Assembly (NCBI GenBank): GCA_046292855.1
Contig: JBKBPX010000001.1
Span: forward strand, 1-49,614
Direction of reading: 5' to 3'
DNA: 49,614 bases
Origin: Anaerolineales bacterium
GTDB taxonomy: Bacteria > Chloroflexota > Anaerolineae > Anaerolineales > Villigracilaceae
Shown: piece after piece, positions 45,433 through 49,614 of the stretch
Numbering within the stretch: the stretch's first letter is position 1
Layout: each line of letters opens with the position of its first letter
Made by a program: the position numbers and the translations under genes
Notes under the pieces: model-generated
The model's input: the letters and a program-made list of their open reading frames with translations, nothing else
Databases searched by the model: none
What the model was told of the DNA's origin: nothing

Positions 45433-47847
45433 TCAATGGTGATCGCCTGTATAGAGCCGACGATAGATGGTGTATATCTCATAAATCTGGCGCAGATAGC
45501 GTCGCGTTTCCTGGAAGCGGATCACCTCAACCAGCAGATCGTTATCCCCCTCGGCTATGCGGCTCCACCCTAACGCATTGCCCGGCCCGGCATTATAGGC
45601 CGCCAGGGCACTATATATATCCCCTCCAAAATAATTGCGCTGACTGGCCAGATAGTGAACTCCCAACCGTAAGTTCACAATCGGGCGGGCCAGGTCATCG
45701 GCGGTGAAATTGGCAGGCCAGCCTATCTGACGCGCCAGGCTATCTGCTGTGGAGGGAACGATCTGCATCAACCCATGAGCACCGGCACTCGAGCGCGCAG
45801 AAGGGCGAAAAAGGCTCTCTTGACGCACCAGGCTTAGAAGCAAAAGCAGGTCTAACTGCTCTTGCTCTGCCAGCGGAGCGAGAATCTCGATATAGTAAGG
45901 CCCGTAGCGCACATGGCTGAAATAGGCCGGAGCGCGCAAAGAGGCGGCAGAATCGGTCAAACCGGCCAAATTCAGCACCTGACGGGCGCTCAAAATCGCC
46001 AAATCATAGACCCGAAGACGGCGAAAGGCCTCAACCAGGCGGAAACTGGCGGCGGCATCGCCCGCCACTGCCTGACGCAGTGCGTCCCATTCGGCATGGG
46101 CCTCGTCATAGAGTCCCAAAGCCCACAGCTCATTGCCGCGCACCCAGCGCTCATCTTTTTCCAGATCCCCAAGCGATGACAGGTCAAGATCGGCAGGATA
46201 GCTAAAGGTCAGGCGCAGCCAGGAGGCGGCAGCGCGGCGTTCTTCTTCCCAGTTGACCTGCAAATTAGGCAGGCTGGTCAGGCGGAAAGGCGAACGCCCC
46301 AAGAGCAGATCACGCGCCCGTTCGCTGTAGTAACCAGTCGGATCAAGCGCTTGAGCCTGACGCCATGCCTCCTGCGCCGCCTGAAGATTACCCTGAGCCT
46401 GGGCTGTCTTGCCGATCCAGAAATAGGCCCGAGCACGTCCTTCGGCAGAAGTAGTGGTAAGCAGAAGACGTTGGAAGGCTGTCATCGCCGCCGCGTAGTC
46501 CTTCTGGCGATAACGCAGGATAGCCGCTTGGAAAAGCCCCTCCTCGGCCTGGGCACTGGAAGGATAGCGGCTGAGGATACTTTCCCAAGTTGCGATTGCC
46601 GCATCAAGTTCGCCGGCACGTTCGTATAGTCGCGCCGCCTGGAAAACCCAATCTGGGGCATTTGGGTCGGTAGGATTAGTGGTCGTTAACTGCAGCAACA
46701 GGTTCGCTGCCCCGTTGTAATCCCCACGTACTGCGACAAAAAGATCCGCCTTGTGTTCCCAGGCTTCGCTCCAGCGTGGATGAGAAGGGTAGCGCACCAG
46801 GAACATATCCAGCGCAGCAAGCGCCTCCTCATAACGGCTCATCGCTTCCAGGACCAGGACGCGATAGAACAGGGCAGTGCCATCGTTTTCAGGAGAGTTG
46901 AGGAGATAGCGATTGAGCGCTTCCAACGCAACCCCATACTGCCCAGCATAATAATCCACGATGCCCCGATCCAGATCATTTACCGGCACATTCTGGCCGA
47001 TCAAATCCGCTAGGGCTTGATAGGCGTAGTAAGCACGGGGATATTCATGAACAGCGCGCTTCAAACGCTCGTGGGCCTGGGAAAGCTGCCCCATAGACTC
47101 ATAAGCCCGCGCCGCAACATATTCGGCCTCGGCCTTGAGATAGTCGTTATCGCTTCGTTGGATGACCTCATCGCACAAGCTGATAGCACCACCATAATCT
47201 CCCAATTTCATACGGGCACGCGCCATCTTCAGGCGCAGCTCCAGGCCCTCTCCCAGGCGCGGTGCCTGCCAGGCCGCCTCGTAAGCTGACAATGCCGCAA
47301 CCACATCCCCCCTCTCCAGCAAGGCATCCGCTTCGCGTTCACGGACAAATGCATCCAAAACGCCGGGGCGAAGCAATAGATAGGTGTGATAGGCGCTTGC
47401 GGCATCTGGATGCCGCCCCAAAGTGCGATAGATTTCCCCGGCCAGGAAATAAGCGTGTGCCAGGCGTGCGGCCGGCGGGTTTTGACGCAGCAGCTCCAGG
47501 ATGGTCTGGAGCGCGGTTACATAGTCCTTTTGCCCATAAAGGGCACGGGCACGCAGCCAAAGCGCCTCCTGGCGCACTCCTGCCTCTGCATGGGAAAGCA
47601 AATGAGCACTCTCGATCTTCACCCTTTGATAATCGCCTAGAAAGAGCGCTTCTTGCAGCGCAATAAGCTCCGCCGGCCCGGCCAACGTGAGGGTAGAGAG
47701 AGGCAAAACTTCCGGAGTTGCAGTCGCCCCGGAAGTCGGCTTAGGTGAGGGGGAAGGAAAAGGGGTAACGGTGGGGGAAACAGACGAAGGAATGTTGCAG
47801 GCCAGGATGAGCGTCAGCAGCAGCCACCACCAACGAGAAGGACGCAT
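45433..47847 (-). CDS. TPR-repeat lytic transglycosylase (Slt70-like)
   Basis: 804 aa. N-terminal signal/TM, a long TPR-like helical region, and a C-terminal SLT domain with SSAGAHGLMQIVPSTA and AAYNAGPGN. Confidence 0.88.
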   Translation of the reverse strand: MRPSRWWWLLLTLILACNIPSSVSPTVTPFPSPSPKPTSGATATPEVLPLSTLTLAGPAELIALQEALFLGDYQRVKIESAHLLSHAEAGVRQEALWLRARALYGQKDYVTALQTILELLRQNPPAARLAHAYFLAGEIYRTLGRHPDAASAYHTYLLLRPGVLDAFVREREADALLERGDVVAALSAYEAAWQAPRLGEGLELRLKMARARMKLGDYGGAISLCDEVIQRSDNDYLKAEAEYVAARAYESMGQLSQAHERLKRAVHEYPRAYYAYQALADLIGQNVPVNDLDRGIVDYYAGQYGVALEALNRYLLNSPENDGTALFYRVLVLEAMSRYEEALAALDMFLVRYPSHPRWSEAWEHKADLFVAVRGDYNGAANLLLQLTTTNPTDPNAPDWVFQAARLYERAGELDAAIATWESILSRYPSSAQAEEGLFQAAILRYRQKDYAAAMTAFQRLLLTTTSAEGRARAYFWIGKTAQAQGNLQAAQEAWRQAQALDPTGYYSERARDLLLGRSPFRLTSLPNLQVNWEEERRAAASWLRLTFSYPADLDLSSLGDLEKDERWVRGNELWALGLYDEAHAEWDALRQAVAGDAAASFRLVEAFRRLRVYDLAILSARQVLNLAGLTDSAASLRAPAYFSHVRYGPYYIEILAPLAEQEQLDLLLLLSLVRQESLFRPSARSSAGAHGLMQIVPSTADSLARQIGWPANFTADDLARPIVNLRLGVHYLASQRNYFGGDIYSALAAYNAGPGNALGWSRIAEGDNDLLVEVIRFQETRRYLRQIYEIYTIYRRLYTGDHH

Positions 47848-47848
47848 G

Positions 47849-48001
47849 TCAGGATTTTTCTTTCTCTTTCTCGGAGCGCAGGAGGTTCAACTCTTCCTTC
47901 AAATTTCGCCAACGCAGAGCCAGGCTGAGCAGGTAGACGCTCATCACAATGAAAAAGAGCGCATAACCGGCGATCATGTAGGCCGAAGTATCAGGAGTCA
48001 T
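47849..48001 (-). CDS. ccmD: CcmD-like small membrane protein (not in the supplied ORF track; 50 aa)
   Basis: My translation is MTPDTSAYMIAGYALFFIVMSVYLLSLALRWRNLKEELNLLRSEKEKEKS: one TM helix, a basic/coiled tail, and SD gaggtg. It sits directly after ccmC. Confidence 0.6.
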   Translation of the reverse strand: MTPDTSAYMIAGYALFFIVMSVYLLSLALRWRNLKEELNLLRSEKEKEKS

Positions 48002-48018
48002 GCTCACCTCACAACCAA

Positions 48019-48723
48019 TCAGGCTTCACGTTGCATTCGTGCTTGTTCCACCTGAGCCGCCAGATGCCCCAGGCGAATGCGGTGCCAGAACAGGTCAACG
48101 AAGATGATCGTAAAAGCAAAAAGGGCGAAGAAGAAAGCCACCTTCATGCCAGAACTTATGGCGAAGCCACCCTGCGCATCGGCGGAGGGGGTCCCGATTA
48201 CCACCGGGTGAATGGTGCGGAAAAGGCGAATGGCCATGAAAGTAATCGGCACGCTCATCGCCCCGATCAGCGTGTAAACGGCACCGAAACGCGCTCGTCG
48301 TTCGGCGTCCTCAATGCCCTGGCGCAACATGAAATAGGCCAGGTAAATCAACTCCGTCACGGCGGCTGTCGTCAGGCGCGGGTCCCATGTCCACCAGGTA
48401 TTCCAGACCGGGCGGGCCCAGATCGAGCCGAGCGCAATGGCAATGAAGAAAAAGACCAAACTGATTTCGACAGCGGCCACTTCGAGAATATCCCATTTCA
48501 GGTCGTGACGCGCCAGGTACATCACCCCGGCAAAGCCCGCCGCCAGGAATCCTAGCATCCCAACCCAGGCCGTCGCCACGTGAAAATAGAACACACGCTG
48601 CACCGCTCCCATGACGGCTTCAGTGGGCGCATAGATCAAAGCCAGGTAAGCGGCTATCAGCAGAACCAAAACGGCGAGAATGTCAAGAGCAGTAAGCAAA
48701 GCAGGTTTCTTGTCCATAACCAT
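48019..48723 (-). CDS. ccmC: Haem exporter protein CcmC
   Basis: Trp-rich motif WARPVWNTWWTWDPRLT and flanking His residues. The start is ambiguous (48723 or 48717); the 48771 start is less likely. Confidence 0.88.
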   Translation of the reverse strand: MVMDKKPALLTALDILAVLVLLIAAYLALIYAPTEAVMGAVQRVFYFHVATAWVGMLGFLAAGFAGVMYLARHDLKWDILEVAAVEISLVFFFIAIALGSIWARPVWNTWWTWDPRLTTAAVTELIYLAYFMLRQGIEDAERRARFGAVYTLIGAMSVPITFMAIRLFRTIHPVVIGTPSADAQGGFAISSGMKVAFFFALFAFTIIFVDLFWHRIRLGHLAAQVEQARMQREA

Positions 48724-48778
48724 CTCCAAATTGGGGTCAATCGAGCGCCAATCGGCAATCACAGCTATCAACAGCGGC

Positions 48779-49462
48779 CTATTCCTCGATCACATAGTCA
48801 AACATCATATATGCCACAGCGATAAAGATGACATCATACACGATCAGCAAGTTCAGAAAAGGGGCGATTTCGCTCCACTCAGCGCCGCTCAAGTAGCCAT
48901 TGCTGGCCCGGATCGCTCCGATGACCAACGGTAGCATCACCGGGAAAAGCAAAATGGGCAAAAGCAGCTCACGGGTGCGCGCCTGTATGCTCATGCTTGC
49001 CAGCAGCGTGCCCACCGCAGCATAGCCGAGCGATCCCAGCAAGATCACCCCCAACAGACCAACATTGAAGAGGGGTGCATTGTACAGGAAACTGTAGATG
49101 GGCAGGATAAGCACTTCGACAAGCAGCATGAAGAGCAAATTGCCGATCATCTTCCCGAAATAAATCGCGGCCCGATCCACAGGCGCCAAGAGCAGACCAT
49201 CCAGGCAACCACGATCCTTCTCCGCCGCCATCGAGCGATTCAGACCGATTGTGCCGGCGAAGAAAAAGGTTGTCCATAATACCCCGGCCGTGACGCTGCG
49301 CCGCGTAGCAATGTCCAGCTCCATAGCAAAATTGAAGATCAGGATCACGAGCAGTGCGAAGACGAACATCGCCGAAAACACTTCTCGCGAGCGCAGCTCT
49401 GCCACCAAGTCTTTCCAAATCACCGCCCACACCGTGCGCAGAAACGAGGCGGGCACCCTCAT
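48779..49462 (-). CDS. ccmB: Haem exporter protein CcmB (ABC permease)
   Basis: 227 aa, 6 TM helices. ATGA overlap with the upstream ATPase gene. Position between ccmA and ccmC. Confidence 0.8.
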   Translation of the reverse strand: MRVPASFLRTVWAVIWKDLVAELRSREVFSAMFVFALLVILIFNFAMELDIATRRSVTAGVLWTTFFFAGTIGLNRSMAAEKDRGCLDGLLLAPVDRAAIYFGKMIGNLLFMLLVEVLILPIYSFLYNAPLFNVGLLGVILLGSLGYAAVGTLLASMSIQARTRELLLPILLFPVMLPLVIGAIRASNGYLSGAEWSEIAPFLNLLIVYDVIFIAVAYMMFDYVIEE

Positions 49463-49614
49463 GCCGCCTCCAGCGCCTGCCGGTAGAAAGTCAGCAGGTT
49501 AGAATCCGCCAGTTGATCGCGCTGCACCGAGGCGAGAATGCGCCCTCGCGAGAGCACATCGAAGCGGGTCGCCAGGTCTTCGGCACGCGCCAGGTCATGG
49601 GAGGTCATCACAAT
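49459..49614 (-). CDS. ccmA: ABC ATPase C-terminal fragment (CcmA-like), truncated by window edge
   Basis: The minus strand reads IVMTSHDLARAEDLATRFDVLSRGRILASVQRDQLADSNLLTFYRQALEAA (H-loop TSHD). Confidence 0.7.
   Translation of the reverse strand: MVMTSHDLARAEDLATRFDVLSRGRILASVQRDQLADSNLLTFYRQALEAA

Noticed and set aside
45179-45573. ORFs 45179-45442 (+) and 45343-45573 (+)
   Set aside because: They overlap the SRP RNA gene and its promoter, and the second also overlaps the 3' end of the transglycosylase gene. They have no coding signature.

Overview
This 49.6-kb window reads as a GC-rich bacterial chromosomal segment. Gene content suggests an aerobic Chloroflexota-like organism, but that is inference only.

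Recognisable content, in order:
- a SAM-I riboswitch and metK
- a caa3-type cytochrome c oxidase operon, translationally coupled to its copper and assembly factors (SCO1, PCuAC, an unknown membrane protein, SURF1)
- ftsH
- small membrane-protein genes, including DUF4870 and a DUF4013 gene with an in-frame TAG
- an IS481-type insertion sequence nested in older mobile-element debris
- a four-gene cluster of thiolase-like and DUF35 proteins
- thrB and a zinc alcohol dehydrogenase
- a coiled-coil repeat protein
- mutL, preceded by a large uncharacterised gene
- a sirtuin
- a cobalamin-riboswitch-controlled ABC uptake operon ending in a PduO-type adenosyltransferase and a GT4
- an M20 peptidase
- an envelope-glycosylation cluster (bi-domain oxidoreductase, gmd, GT-C, polyprenyl-phosphate GT2, GT4, asnB-like)
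- SRP RNA
- a TPR lytic transglycosylase and ccmABCD

I saw no CRISPR array, rRNA, tRNA, or canonical defence or toxin-antitoxin system.

The most unusual signals are non-coding:
1. Families of 8-nt and 7-nt tandem repeats sit in intergenic and intercistronic spacers.
2. One ~166-nt block of these repeats is embedded inside the aptamer of a cobalamin riboswitch, yet the P1 helix still closes across it.
3. A MITE-like palindromic repeat family has at least 5 copies or fragments, with variable numbers of internal modules.
4. A second dispersed non-coding repeat is present in two copies.

Protein-level candidates for follow-up:
- two thiolase-fold proteins that appear to lack the nucleophilic Cys, paired with two DUF35 proteins
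- a coiled-coil protein with near-identical 42-bp repeats and a possible PD-(D/E)XK-like C-terminus
- a 485-aa unknown gene coupled to mutL
- an unknown membrane protein inside the oxidase assembly operon

All calls rest on reading the sequence and on remembered family motifs. No searches were run. RNA and repeat boundaries are approximate.
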